From: Catajapyx aquilonaris
Taxonomy: Eukaryota
DNA: 36,441 bases
Direction: 5' to 3'
Assembly (NCBI GenBank): GCA_000934665.2
Contig: KZ538011.1
Location: 124,001-160,441 of the forward strand
A model generated the notes under the pieces. That model saw only the letters and a program-made list of their open reading frames with translations. It had not been told where the DNA came from and searched no databases. The stretch's first letter is position 1; every line of letters starts with the position of its first letter. Positions 13,122 to 25,082 of this stretch are shown here, one piece after another. The position numbers and the translations under genes are program-made.

Positions 13122-14632
13122 ATGGCATGGTCTCCAAGGCTGGTACCCTTGGTGTTTGTCCTCCTGTTTCTGGCTGTCGAGTCGGTTGAAGAAGTGACGG
13201 AAGTGAGCGATGCAAACACCACCGAGTATGAGATCTACGAGTTTTACGAGTATCCAGATGACGACTACTACATCTACGATGTTGAAGAAGTGGAGGAATC
13301 AGCGGTGATAGAACATCCAGAAATGGCTCGACTGACCGTGGATGACGAAGCTGCAGCTGCAGCAGCCGGTAAAGCGCCAGGTAAGCAGCAACGGAAACCT
13401 CCAGGTAAACAGCAGCGGAAACCTCCAGGCAAGCAGCAGCAGAAACCTCCAGGCAAGCAGCAGAGGAAACCTCAGAGGCAAAAGACGCAGCAGAGGAAGG
13501 GCCAAGGAAAGCCAAGAGCAAGGAAAGGGAACAACAAGAGGCCAGGAGGAAAACGACGACGGACTCTGAGGGTCAGCAAAGACTGTGAGTGTGGCGTCGG
13601 TGGAGGAACCTCAGGGGGAAAGATGCGGATCGTCAATGGCCAGACAGCATCCGTCAACGAGTTTCCATGGATGGTGGCCATCATGCAGGACGGCCCTGGA
13701 GCTAAAGACCGACAGTACTGCGGGGGATCGCTGATTAACAACCTGTACGTGGTGACCGCTGCTCACTGCGTGGTGCCTTTCAAGGCCTCCGAGATTGTCG
13801 TCAGGCTTGGAGAACATCGGCTCAGCACCAACGACGAATCAAAAGTAAGCTATCATAATATCGTAATTTAGACAGATCATTGTGCATGGCAACATGTTGC
13901 AGCTGCAAGTCCGCCAAGTGGAGAGGATCATCATAAACGGAAACTACAAGCCGAAGACAAACACGAACGACATTGCTCTGATCAAGATGAAGAAGCCGGC
14001 CAACATCAACAATGCGGTGGGCACCGTTTGTCTGTCGCCTGCCAATTTCAATTTCAATGGAAAGCAGGCAACGGTGTCCGGTTGGGGTCGGACCGCCCAA
14101 AATGGAGCAGCACCAGACGAGCTCAGAAAAGTGGACGTGACGGTGAGTTAAAGCCATTTGAATTCCAAGATTACTAACAAAAAATTGTCGCATTGAATTT
14201 AAAATGTCAGGTGAAGCCCTAACACGATATATGATTACGTGAATTTCAGATCGTGTCAAACAAAGAGTGCCAGAGCAGGTACAAGTCCGCAAATATCAAC
14301 ATTACACCCACCATGATGTGCGCAGGCGGAGACAAACGCGATTCGTGTCAGGTATAGGGAATTCCTATAGATTAATCGACGGGTTATGACATCACGGCTA
14401 ATGACCTGTCACCTCTTTCGTTTTGTTCCAGGGTGACAGCGGAGGACCCATGGTGGTGGCTGGAGACAAAGGCAAGTCAGCCCTGGTCGGAATCGTGTCC
14501 ATGGGGCTCGGGTGTGGAAGCGAACGGTTCCCAGGAATATACACGAGGGTCGGAGCATACAGAAACTTCATCAGAAAATATGCAAGAGACGGGGTGTTCT
14601 GCCAGGACGGGAATCTAAAAGGGAAAAACTAA
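13122..14632 (+). CDS. Secreted trypsin-like (S1A) serine protease zymogen, copy 1; about 421 aa
   Basis: Exons 13122-13844, 13903-14142, 14250-14351, 14432-14632. Signal peptide MAWSPRLVPLVFVLLFLAVES, CECG linker, activation site KMR|IVNG, catalytic motifs TAAHC, NDIAL and RDSCQ-GDSGGP (Asp189, trypsin-type S1 pocket). Confidence 0.95.
13377..13472 (+). repeat. Coding minisatellite, 4 x 24 nt, encoding PGKQQ(R/Q)KP
   Basis: ccaggtaagcagcaacggaaacct unit repeated four times with small substitutions inside protease copy 1. Confidence 0.9.
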
Positions 14633-15369
14633 TCTGGGGGGAAAACCAATTGGCTACAACGAATTTTTGGCACTTTTGTAAGTGATCTATGCATGTGAAG
14701 TACACTAGTGTAGCAAAATGTATCAGACAATTTTCTAGAATTATAAAGTAAAGTGTTATTGATGAATTAAATGACACAGTGTTGAGCTTTTGTCACCGAG
14801 AGAGTGGAATAAAAAATCACCCTCAGTACCGTAATTGGGGGATATTTTGGCACTTGGTTGGGAAAGGTTTTTTTTTCAGCCTACTATTTATGTATTCGAA
14901 AACTAATAGTACTGTAGTACAGTAGAGTATAACACTGTACGTGTACATGAGTGGTTGTTTGAGTACGCTAAGGGGAGGTGAAAAGAATATGTCACACTTT
15001 AAAGTTTAAACTGTGTAGGTTTATTTATTTTTAACAAAAATGTGCAAAATGACGAAGAAAAGGCCATCAAAACGTGCGCTGTCTAACTTTTTGTTAAAAC
15101 GAAAGGTAAGTTTGAAGAGTAGCACTGATGAGAAAGCCTTTGTACTTGTAAAAATATTACATTTACTTTTAACAGTTACATAACTTGTACGAGAAGGTTG
15201 TTACGCCCCTCAGATTAATGCAGCTTCCACCCCCACCCCTATAGTGTATAAGAGGTACATTTTACTTCCCTATTTGTTTTCTTATCAGGCATTGCGATGT
15301 TTTTTGTTGTACTGCCACTTGTGTAGACTCAGTTGGAAATAATAGAGGCTGAAGTCGAGCAGGCTAAAG

Positions 15370-15445
15370 GGAACTCCCGGGCGGAGATCGAACCTGGGAC
15401 CTTTCACTCAGCAAGCCGAATCGTTACCAGCTCGGACACCACGCC
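15370..15445 (-). mobile_element. tRNA-derived SINE head or tRNA pseudogene
   Basis: Minus strand reads ggcgtggtgtccgagctggtaacgattcggcttgctgagtgaaaggtcccaggttcgatctccgcccggga, with an A-box-like tgtccgagctgg and a B-box ggttcgatc at tRNA spacing; no well-paired acceptor stem is evident. Confidence 0.55.
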
Positions 15446-15804
15446 TCACCTATCGAGCAGTGACTTCTTGGGATCATTTACCCAATTTTTTTCCTGCTTC
15501 CCACGTTTACATCTTGAGCCCACAGATCGAGACATGAGCAGCCTTAATAATGGTAAGAGTTGCGCAAAACTGAAATCTGTAATATCGTACTCATTAGAGT
15601 AATTATTAGAACAATATACCGCACGGTATCACTTGAAACTAAGGGAAAAATTACCTCCTCGGCAACAATCACCAGACGCCATTCCCCATTTGACGTCATA
15701 ACTGCATTACTTTCAAGTGGGACAAGTGGGACTCTGGCCATTTCATCATGTACCAGTATTATGGAGGTCAATATTAATGCATTCATTAATATGCAGTAAT
15801 TGAA

Positions 15805-15962
15805 GGCCATTTCACAAAAAAATGTCGCGCGGCAAACGGCGCGACTTGCGGCAAATTTTTTATTTATATTTATTGTTGCCAATTGTTGGCAACAATAAAG
15901 ATAAATAAAAATTTGCCGCAAGTCGCGCCTTTTGCCGCGCGACATTTTTTTGTGAAATGGCC
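15805..15962. mobile_element. Palindromic MITE (about 158 bp near-perfect hairpin)
   Basis: ggccatttcacaaaaaaatgtcgcgcggcaaa...ttgccaa-ttg-ttggcaa...tttgccgcgcgacatttttttgtgaaatggcc, flanked by tgaa and ttaa (TTAA- or TAA-type target duplication with one mismatch; Kolobok or PIF/Harbinger by inference). Confidence 0.8.
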
Positions 15963-16276
15963 TTAAAAAAGACACTTCGTGCTCAATCATATAAATACTT
16001 ATAGTATGTTATAATTTGTTAATTGGTGGAATATGGCCTACTGGAAACCAGTGCTATTAATACCAATAATTGTACGGTACTGTACATATTACAGAAACGT
16101 GTGAGCCAATATCATGACATTGCGTAACTATATACGAATGGCTCGCACAGCTGCTGATCGCAAATCCCAGTGCTCAGTAGCGTGCATTTGAAAAGGCCAA
16201 AAAAAAAACACATTCACACGTCGTAATCCATCGTAATTCCTCATTATCAAAATGACCACACGTCTGTCTTGACGCC

Positions 16277-17702
16277 ATGCCTTCAAAGTGGATCCCCATT
16301 CTAATTCCCCTGTTGTTGCTGGCTGTCGAGTCCACACATGAAGCTGAAGCTACAGTTGAAGTGAATAGTGACAACGCCACTGACGAGTACGAGCTGATCG
16401 AATACGTCGAGGACGACTTCATGTCCGAAGGTGCAGGTAGAGTCCAGGTCATTACCAGAGAAGCCAATAGACCTGCTGGAAAGCAACAAGCGAGACAGCC
16501 AACTGTAAGGAAAGGAAAGAAGAAGCCTCTGAAGAAGCTGAAGGTCAACAAACGGTGCCAGTGCGGTGTCAGGAGAGAAGGTTCAGGCAGCAAAACGCAT
16601 ATTGTCAATGGCGAAACAGCATCGGTCAACGAGTTTCCCTGGATGGCGGCCATCATGACACGCAGTTCATGCGGCAAGGTCCTTTCCCGCTGCGGAGGAT
16701 CACTCATCAACAACCGGTGGGTGGTGACCGCAGCCCATTGCGTGGTGCCCTTCAGAACATACGAAATCATAGTCCGACTGGGTGACCATCGACTCAGCAA
16801 ACTTAAAGAAACTAAGGTCAGTCCGTTGTATGCGTACTGAAAACCACACTGCACTATTTGAGGTGCTTTTATGCTTCTACTCCTTTAAAACACCTTCCTT
16901 ATTTGTTGAAGGCAATGACTTTGATACTTTGCGTGCAAAAGGCTCATTATTTCCGTTTAGTTGCAAGTTCGACGCGTGGTGCGGATCATTATCAGCGGCA
17001 ACTACAGACGAAAGACGAATGTGAATGACATTGCCCTGCTCCGGATGAATAGACCAGCCAAGATCAATGGCAGAGTGGGTACAGTTTGCCTCTCGCCTCC
17101 TACCAAATTTGAAGAAGCAACTGCCACTGTCTCAGGATGGGGTGCTTTGAAACAAAAGGGGAAATATCCGGATGTACTTCGGAAGGTAGAAGTTGAGGTA
17201 AGAAGGTTACAAAGTATTGCAGAAAGTGACATTGAAAAGCTAGTTTTCAAACACCATGATTTTTTAAAACTCCTGGGTCACTTATCTATAACAACCACTT
17301 CAGACCATGGCCAACTCAGATTGCCGGGAAAAGTACAAGAAAACAAAGGTGGCAATTCGACCCACCATGATATGTGCAGGAGGAGAGGGAGGCGATTCTT
17401 GTCAGGTAACATTTTCCGAGAAATTGATCATTGATTGACTTGCTGTTGCACAAGAAGAATCAAGAACAATAATAACTAGACTCATCTATGACGCCAATGT
17501 TTTCCAGGGAGACAGTGGAGGGCCGCTGGTGGTCGCCGATGACGACGACCATTACATGCTAGTTGGGATTGTGTCACAGGGAATAGGGTGTGGCAAGTTT
17601 CCAGGAATCTACACACGTGTGGGAGCCTACAGAAATCTCATCAGGAAGTTTACCAAGGACGGCATTTTCTGCAAGGATGCGTATCTCAAAGGGAAAAAAT
17701 AA
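16277..17702 (+). CDS. Secreted trypsin-like serine protease zymogen, copy 2; about 357 aa
   Basis: Exons 16277-16816, 16961-17197, 17304-17405, 17508-17702, same intron positions as copy 1. Signal peptide, CQCG, activation site KTH|IVNG, TAAHC, NDIAL, GDSCQ-GDSGGP. Confidence 0.95.
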
Positions 17703-18800
17703 TAGAAAAAAAATTAAAGCGGTGAGGTAACTGTTTCAATGTGTACAATATTGTCTAAATGAATGCAATCAAATCAGTTTGCAAAAACACTTTGCACTGA
17801 ACAGTTTACTGCCACATGTAGCAAAAACTCATTGAAATGTTGGCAGGACCAAACAAAGAGTTCTGAATTATCAGGTTTCAGCTCCATTCCGTCCTTGTAA
17901 TTATATGCAGGGTATATACTCAATTACTGACAATTTGCCTAATAAATTGTGTACTATGCAACCTTGAGGGAGTTAAGACTGGGGGAATTAATAATACAAT
18001 AAATTTTGCCTTAATTTCAATATTGTTTCATGATTACTGTGAGTAACACAATCAAAAATTGTTTTTAAAGGCTTGTATAGCTGTTGTTGTAAAATAGTTC
18101 TAAGACTATGCGTAAAACCATCTGTCTACAAAATTACCTCATAAAAGAAATTCCCCAAAAGTGTGTTTTACTAACATGCTGTACTGTATATACATGTTCT
18201 TATATCATTGTATTTTTTTTTGTTGCGAATAAATCGATAATCACGTGCGTAAATGAAACCCGTCTCCAATTCTACCTTTTCAAACAAACCCGCCAAGGTT
18301 ACCTTCTCGGACTTGCCAGTGAAAATCGGTTTGTTATGACAATTATCGAGTGCGTGAGATAAATTGGCGAGCCATTTCCACGAAAAAACGTCCCACAAAT
18401 TTGTCTTTCTATACCGGATATTGATTTCTGCTATCGCCCTATATACTGTAGAATCGGAATGATTCCAAAGTAAATTGACTGCCTATAAATTCAAGGGCAA
18501 GTGCGCAGGCTGTGTACCTTGTTTAATTTATTGCCTCAGATCACTGTGCGTGTTGCATAAATGACAGCCTGCATTTCAAGTCCAAGCCGATCAGGCATTT
18601 CCACATGGACAGGATCCATGTAGAGAAGTGCTAACTCGTACTCGCTATAGTGTTGTGGTTACCAACTTTTCAATGGCGTGAGAGACATGTGAAACTCTTC
18701 GCTTCACGCCACCCACTCTCGCCATAGAAATTCGCTAAAGGTCAAATGAGAGACAATGCATTGATCTGGCCACATTGTGACGGGTAATGCCGCCAGGAAG

Positions 18801-20184
18801 ATGGCATTGTCTTCTGGGCTGATAATCCTCTTGTTGCTGCCCTTCTTGTCGGCTGATGAAGCTGGAGTCACATCAAGTGAAGTGGACGTGTCCAACAGAA
18901 CAGAAGAGTATGAACTGTACGAGTACTTTGAGGACGACGAGACCTATTTTCACACCGATTACGAAGACGGATCAGGCGAAGTCGAGGATTCGGCTCGGCT
19001 TAGTCTGACCCCACAAGCCAGAGGCAAGAAGCCAGGAAGGCAGCAAAAGAGACCTCAAAGGAGGAAGCAGAAAAGACCACGAGGAAGGAAGCCAGCAAGA
19101 GGAAGAGGTCAGCAGGGCAGAGGTCGCAACACACTGAAGATCAACGAAGGATGCCAGTGCGGTGTGGGTGGCGGTGGAGGTGCCAGAACTCGAATCATCA
19201 GCGGACAGGCATCGGAGATTAACGAGTTTCCATGGATGGCTGCACTGATGGAACGTGGTCAAGGTGGTCGGATGTTCGCGTTCTGCGGAGGAACGCTGAT
19301 CAACAACCTGTTCGTGATCACAGCAGCGCACTGCGGGATTGATATGAGCCCTGCTGCTATTACAGTCAGATTTGGAGAGCATAGACTCAGCAATAAGGAT
19401 CAAACCAGGGTCAGAAACCATTCTCTTTATTCTATAGCACGCTTTTCCCTATCACTATAATCCTTTTTGAAACAACTCCCATAGAGTAATGATTTTAATT
19501 ATAGTCGTTTTTGTTCAGTTGCAAGAGCGAGGTGTGGCTAAAATAGTAATCCATCCCAAGTACCAGCCAGGACCTAACATACACGACATTGCTGTCCTAA
19601 GACTGAAGAGTCCGGTCACACTTGACCCTGGTGTGGTGTGTCCAGTCTGTCTGGGCCCAGCCAGGCACAACTTCAATGGCGAAAGGGGCATCGTGTCCGG
19701 ATGGGGAACTCTGGTCGAAGGCGGAAAAACTCCTGACGAGCTGCAAAAAGTCGAAGTCACGGTGAGACTTGATGATGTGTTGCACTATTATTTTTTATAA
19801 GACGTGTGTTGCAGATTGTATCGAACAAGGCGTGTCAGAAGGCGTACAGGACAACTGACATCAGGATAACTCCAGGAATGATGTGTGGAGGAGACAGCAA
19901 TGGTGATCATTGCCATGTAAGTAGGTCTAAAAATTGCAAGAAAGTATTATTGCATTACTTTTTTTAAATTATTTTACTCACAGGGGGACAGTGGAGGACC
20001 TTTAGTGTTCACTGGTCCCAAAGGACGTTACGCACTGGTTGGAGTTGTGTCCATGGGATGGAAGTGCGGAAGCGACAGGTACCCAGGAGTCTACACCAGA
20101 ATTTCGTTTTACAGAAATTTTATCAGAAGAGCCACCAGAGACGGAGTGTTCTGCCGGGATGGAAATCTTATTGGGAAAAATTAA
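18801..20184 (+). CDS. Secreted trypsin-like serine protease zymogen, copy 3; about 384 aa
   Basis: Exons 18801-19409, 19519-19761, 19815-19916, 19984-20184. Signal peptide MALSSGLIILLLLPFLSA, CQCG, activation site RTR|IISG, TAAHC, HDIAV, GDHCH-GDSGGP. Confidence 0.95.
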
Positions 20185-22115
20185 TATCCGCTCAATAACT
20201 ATTAGAATATTCGTTTGCGTAACTTGAACTGTAGTTCAAAAAGTCTCGGACATTGTCAGTCTAGCAAGGTGATTGTTAGGTGGGAATATGTCGAATATGT
20301 CACCTCCTTTACCTTGAAGTGACAAGCCGAGCCGATTCAACTGGAATCGAAGGAATGTAACACAATTTTAAGTATAAGAAACCCTGCATTGTTTGTCTGA
20401 AACTTTTGTTGGCATACATAAGATAATATTTATGCAATGATGGTGCCAAAAAGTATTTTGGCAATATGCAATGAAACACTGTAATGTATACATTATGAAA
20501 TTAAACACATTTGTCGGCATGACCCATTACTATACCCAGCATTGTGTGAAGCAATGATAGCGTGACTATAAAATGTTCCTATATACTGACTGATTCTTTA
20601 AACCACACTTTTCGATGGTTGAAATGCAATTTTCCATCTTTTACTCAATGTAATTCAGCAGTATACACACATGCATAATAAATCAACTGCGGTTCTTGAT
20701 TACCATTGGCTACTCGTAATTGTTGCCCGTTACTGTGGTGACGCCTCTAACTCTCGAAGGCTTCTTCTGGTCTATGTGCAGACTTTTATTCTTCTCCTGC
20801 GGATCCCTTTCCATGGTATGATCACCGGTACTTAAATGTTACACCTTTTTGTCTTCGGCGTGAAGCCACGTGCTGGGGGCCAACTGATATGAAGCAATGT
20901 CGCCTTTCTGCGCATCTTGCTTGTGATATGTTGTTCCATTTTTAAAAGTATTTTAATATAACAGCATTTTGTCTTCCCAAGTAACATACTGTACATGCAA
21001 CTATTTGTAAATCATGATCCAATCATAATTTGAAACCCAAATCCTCCACATAATTATAGCATTCCTGGGTTTGAAAAGCATTGAATTGTGGGAGTTAGTA
21101 AAATGTTCATTGCTAACACTTTTCACATGGGACAATTTGCTCAAAACATATAAAACTATACCTGCTCCGGACCCAGTAATCTCTTTTTATGCTGGGGAAA
21201 ACGTTTTCATTCCATATACATTCAATCATGTAATGCCATTGCATGCTAGCCCGAATATACTGTACTTTTGTTGGTAAGTAAGATTTTTTTTATTGGTTCC
21301 AAAAGAATTGGGTGGTCAGTTTTTCTGTCTTTTTTGGTGCAATTCCGTGTCCTCAAAAAAGTGTATGCAGTACTAGGTATAGACCGGGTGTGCAAGTAAC
21401 GGGTATTTGGTACACAATTTTTTGGGAACTATTAATTATTCAAACCAGTACTTATAATAATTTGGTCAGCAACGCTATGGCAACATGTGACGACATATTT
21501 AATTGTCAAGGTCATAATATATTCTTGGCCAAGTTACCATGGAATGACTAGAATGGCGGTTAAACAGAACGACAGCAAGGTGCCTTCCAGAAGGTATGAT
21601 ATAAGCCTCTCTAAGGTACAAATTCATATTAGGAGAGGTCAGGACAGGAACCATTTTTTAATCCCAGGAGGTAAGGACGGACGATGGATGTGTCGAGTCT
21701 CCTGTCACACCGAGTAAACTATAGACTTGTGAATGTTTAGGGCATTGTTGCCAACAATGTACGACAAGGACTTGTTCTGGGTTTACTATCGATCATGCAA
21801 CCCTGAAACAATCAACAACGATCAAATATTATTCCTTTCAAAGCATGAACAACGGAAATACAACTTGGCTTTTTGATATTTTCCAGGGACGTTCCAATTA
21901 CTCTCGTGTCTGGTAGGACCCACACGGAAAAAATATATAATCCACATCCGCAACTGTGGATTCGTCCCGGTCATTCCAACGATCCCACAGATACCAGCCA
22001 GGACAGCTGGTTTTACTCCATTCGTATTTTACGACAAAGTCTATATATTATTTTTATTATTTTACTTTTTTGTGTGTAAAAACCTTCATTGTTGAGTCTG
22101 TGTCGGAGTTGGAAG

Positions 22116-24297
22116 ATGCCGACCTTGGAAGAGTTATTAGAAGGGATGTCCCTTAGCCGCAGTGTGGTGGAAGAGAAGGCAGCAGGGGGAGACGCTGAAG
22201 AAACGGAGGGCCCCGTGGGACCAGGGAGCGACGCCCTAGACGGCAAGCAGCAACAGCAGCAGCAGCAGCAGCAGCAAGAGCAGCAGGAGCAGCAGGAGCA
22301 ACCGCAGCAGCAGAATGTGGGCGACGAAGAGGGCAAGGTCTGCGACCGAGGAAGGTTCAGAAGCAACGCGAGAGAGGAGTGGATGGGCCGGGGGATTCCT
22401 GAGGGAGGAGACGCGAACGCGACCTGGATCATACCCGAGCTGAGGGTCTGCAACTGCCACTTCAACTGGGACCTGGAGAAGTACGAAGTCACCGCGAGGA
22501 CCATGCTCCTGACTCTGATCAGGGTGAGTGGGCCTCGGTGCTATTGTTGCAATGACCTCCTCCGGTTGATTGTGTCTGTCCGCAGGGAGACGAGGAGTAC
22601 TCGTGGAGCGAAAAGAACGCCTTCCGAGACCTGGACACGGGCTGCCTCAAGGCATTCTACTACTACCTTCTGGGAAGGTGCCCAGAGGCCCACGCTTGCC
22701 TGGACAGCTGCGAGAAGGACGCCCAGGACCCGACCCTGGCCTCGGGGAAGAGAGGACTGAACTACCTTCTGTCAGCCAACAGGGCCTTCGTCCTCTGCAG
22801 GCAGGGAAGGCAGAAGGAAGCCAGGGAACTGCTCCAGGAGAATGAGGTCTCCTGGGACAGGCTCAGGCCAGTGGACATGGCCTTGGTCCTAGGGGTCAAG
22901 GGGCTCGCGTTCAGCCATTACGGGAGCAGGGGGAACAAGAAGGCAGCGGACATATTCTTCGAGTCCAGCAGGTAAAGCGTCCTTTGCAAGAAGAACTCTG
23001 ATGATTTTCTGATGGGCCTCCTCCTCACTCTTACAGGCTGGAGCCGTGGAACCCCGAGTGGCACTTCTGGGTGGGCAAGTGCCTTGGGAGGGTCCGTCGA
23101 GAGGACAGCATGGTGAGCAGGCTCCCATCGCCTCTGGAGTGCAGGTCCCTGGAGAAGGCGGTGGAGCTGAACCCGACCTCCACCTACATGCTGTTCCTGG
23201 CCCAGTGCCTGCGGGAGAAGGCCACGGCCTTGTTCCACAGGCAGACCGCAGGGAAGGGGGAGCTCCACAGGCTCAACCTGAGGTCTCTCAACCTGTACAC
23301 CCAGGCTCTGGCCATGAACCCTGACTGCCCCAGGACCAACGTCCGGTGCGCCGAAGGGTTCATCCGGCTTCCCTACGCCTACAGGAAGGAAAGGTCCGCC
23401 GAGAGGTGCTTCGAGCTGGCCTTGAGGAACGCCCCGGACAACAGCATGGTGCACCACAAGTACGGCTGCTTCCTGGAGCGGTGCAAGGGCAACCACCGTC
23501 GGGCCATGGAGCACTACGAGCTGGCCGCTGGACCCGACCTGCACAACTTCCCTGCCCTCATGTCCATGACCAGCCTCAAGATGAGGATGGATTACTCCTG
23601 GAACCCGGTCCCTCTCCTGGAGAGGGCCATCCAGGCACACAGGGAGTCCCCGGTCAGGGTGGCCTCCCTCCTCTGCTTCCAGGGGATGTACGTCTGGACC
23701 ACCGAGAAGAACTACCAGGCCACCTTCGACTACTGGAAGAAGGCCATCCGGGTCGACCCGTCCAGCAGGAACCTCTTCGTCAGGCGCTCTATCATGGTGA
23801 GACGCTAACTACATGCACCTAGGTGATGAATCAACGCGGGTAGGGACGGAGTCACGCCTAGCGAATTCTTAATATGATTGCTTTAAAAAAGCGGGCCTCT
23901 CCCAGAAGGAAATGCTGATTCCTGACTGTTAATCGTTGGTAACCATATATAGCATCGCCAATATGTTAGCCAGAGATGTCTTTTTTAAATTATTTGTACA
24001 CGACAGTTCAGCGCGCTTCGCCACGACCCAGAGGACCACCTGACCGTGTGCGACATCCTGATTCGAGAGCTGACCTGGCGCCTTCCCAGAGAGCCCGAGT
24101 CTCCTCTGAGGAGGGAGATGGCCGAGGTGTTGGAGGAGGCCAAGAAGCTGCAGGAGGCCAACAAGGCAGTGGGAGACCCAGATCGACACCCTCATCAGGA
24201 CAGGTCAAAGAGCAGGCAGGCCCAGCACCAGGGACAGCAGCCAAACATCCAGTCACCCGCGGCCCACAACTGGCGCCAAAAGTCGTACCCAAAGTAA
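22116..24297 (+). CDS. IFIT-like tetratricopeptide repeat protein, copy 1; about 608-614 aa, 4 coding exons
   Basis: Exons 22116-22523, 22586-22971, 23037-23778 (alternative phase-0 donor after 23796) and 24007-24297; frames join cleanly. Acidic/polyQ N-terminal extension, then CNCHFNWDL and TPR helices RLEPWNPEWHFWVGKCLGR, LEKAVELNPTSTYMLFLAQCLRE, ALRNAPDNSMVHHKYG. Exon 2 is absent from the ORF track. Confidence 0.85.
22248..22313 (+). repeat. CAG-rich coding repeat (polyQ/QE)
   Basis: Encodes QQQQQQQQQQEQQEQQEQPQQQ in IFIT-like copy 1. Confidence 0.95.
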
Positions 24298-24861
24298 AGA
24301 GACAACTACCCTGTGGGACATCCGATCGCAAAGGACGGCGTTATATCTGTTCTTGTCCTGGTTTAACAGTAAAGACAGTCTTTACGGGGTCAACCAGGTG
24401 GTTTTTATTATTCTGATACAAAGTGAAAGTTTGAGCCAGACGTGGAGTTATGTAAATATCAGCACTCTTTTAGGTTTTTTAAAGTGCCGTATAGCCTTTA
24501 GTATAATTAGCAGTAGCGTTCAAAGATATGAACGAGCTTATGCAAGTGATGAAACAACTACACTACTCTTGAGAGTGAGGTGTCTTTATCAGCCATGTCT
24601 TGTCTATTTAGTACTTTCCACACAAACAGCAGTGAAAATGCTTTGTGTTTCAGAATTTATTCTGGCGGTTGCAGCACAAGTTCCGGAAAGTGAACTTGAA
24701 CTGAATTCTCCGCCTCGTATTGAGGAAAAGTGTTGGCTACAATGAAGGAGGGAGGGCCGAGAAAAGAGCATGTCGCCCAAGGCCAGATTTCAAGAGTGAA
24801 CACTGGCCATAAGCATCTTAAAATTTCAAGCTCAAAGCTCAAATGTATAGGCATACATAAC

Positions 24862-24872
24862 GGGAATTTCCC
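24862..24872. promoter_or_regulatory. Candidate NF-kB (Rel) site GGGAATTTCCC upstream of IFIT-like copy 2
   Basis: Matches GGGRNNYYCC, about 1.7 kb before ATG 26536 and upstream of a candidate 5'UTR donor at 25432. Motif match only. Confidence 0.35.
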
Positions 24873-25040
24873 TTTTGTACCATTCAAAATAAACATCGAC
24901 CACATTGTCTTCGTAAGAAGAGCAATGCAGGAGCAATGAACATAATGAGGAAACATTAGTGTTGTTTTTAAGAAATTACTTGTAGCGCATAATTTTTACT
25001 CATAACTACTCGTATTTCAAAGTCAGCAGCTATTCTTATT

Positions 25041-25082
<42 letters not shown>
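25041..25082. repeat. (ACA/CAA)14 microsatellite
   Basis: Read directly. Confidence 0.95.

Noticed and set aside
13377..13472. Regularly spaced repeat as a CRISPR-like array
   Set aside because: No spacers; it is an in-frame coding minisatellite in a spliced eukaryotic gene.
14965..15248. Possible MITE with tacgctaagggg and cccctatagtgta ends
   Set aside because: Terminal match is too short and degenerate to support.
22918..23640. 240-aa minus-strand ORF
   Set aside because: Antisense shadow of IFIT-like copy 1 exon 3.
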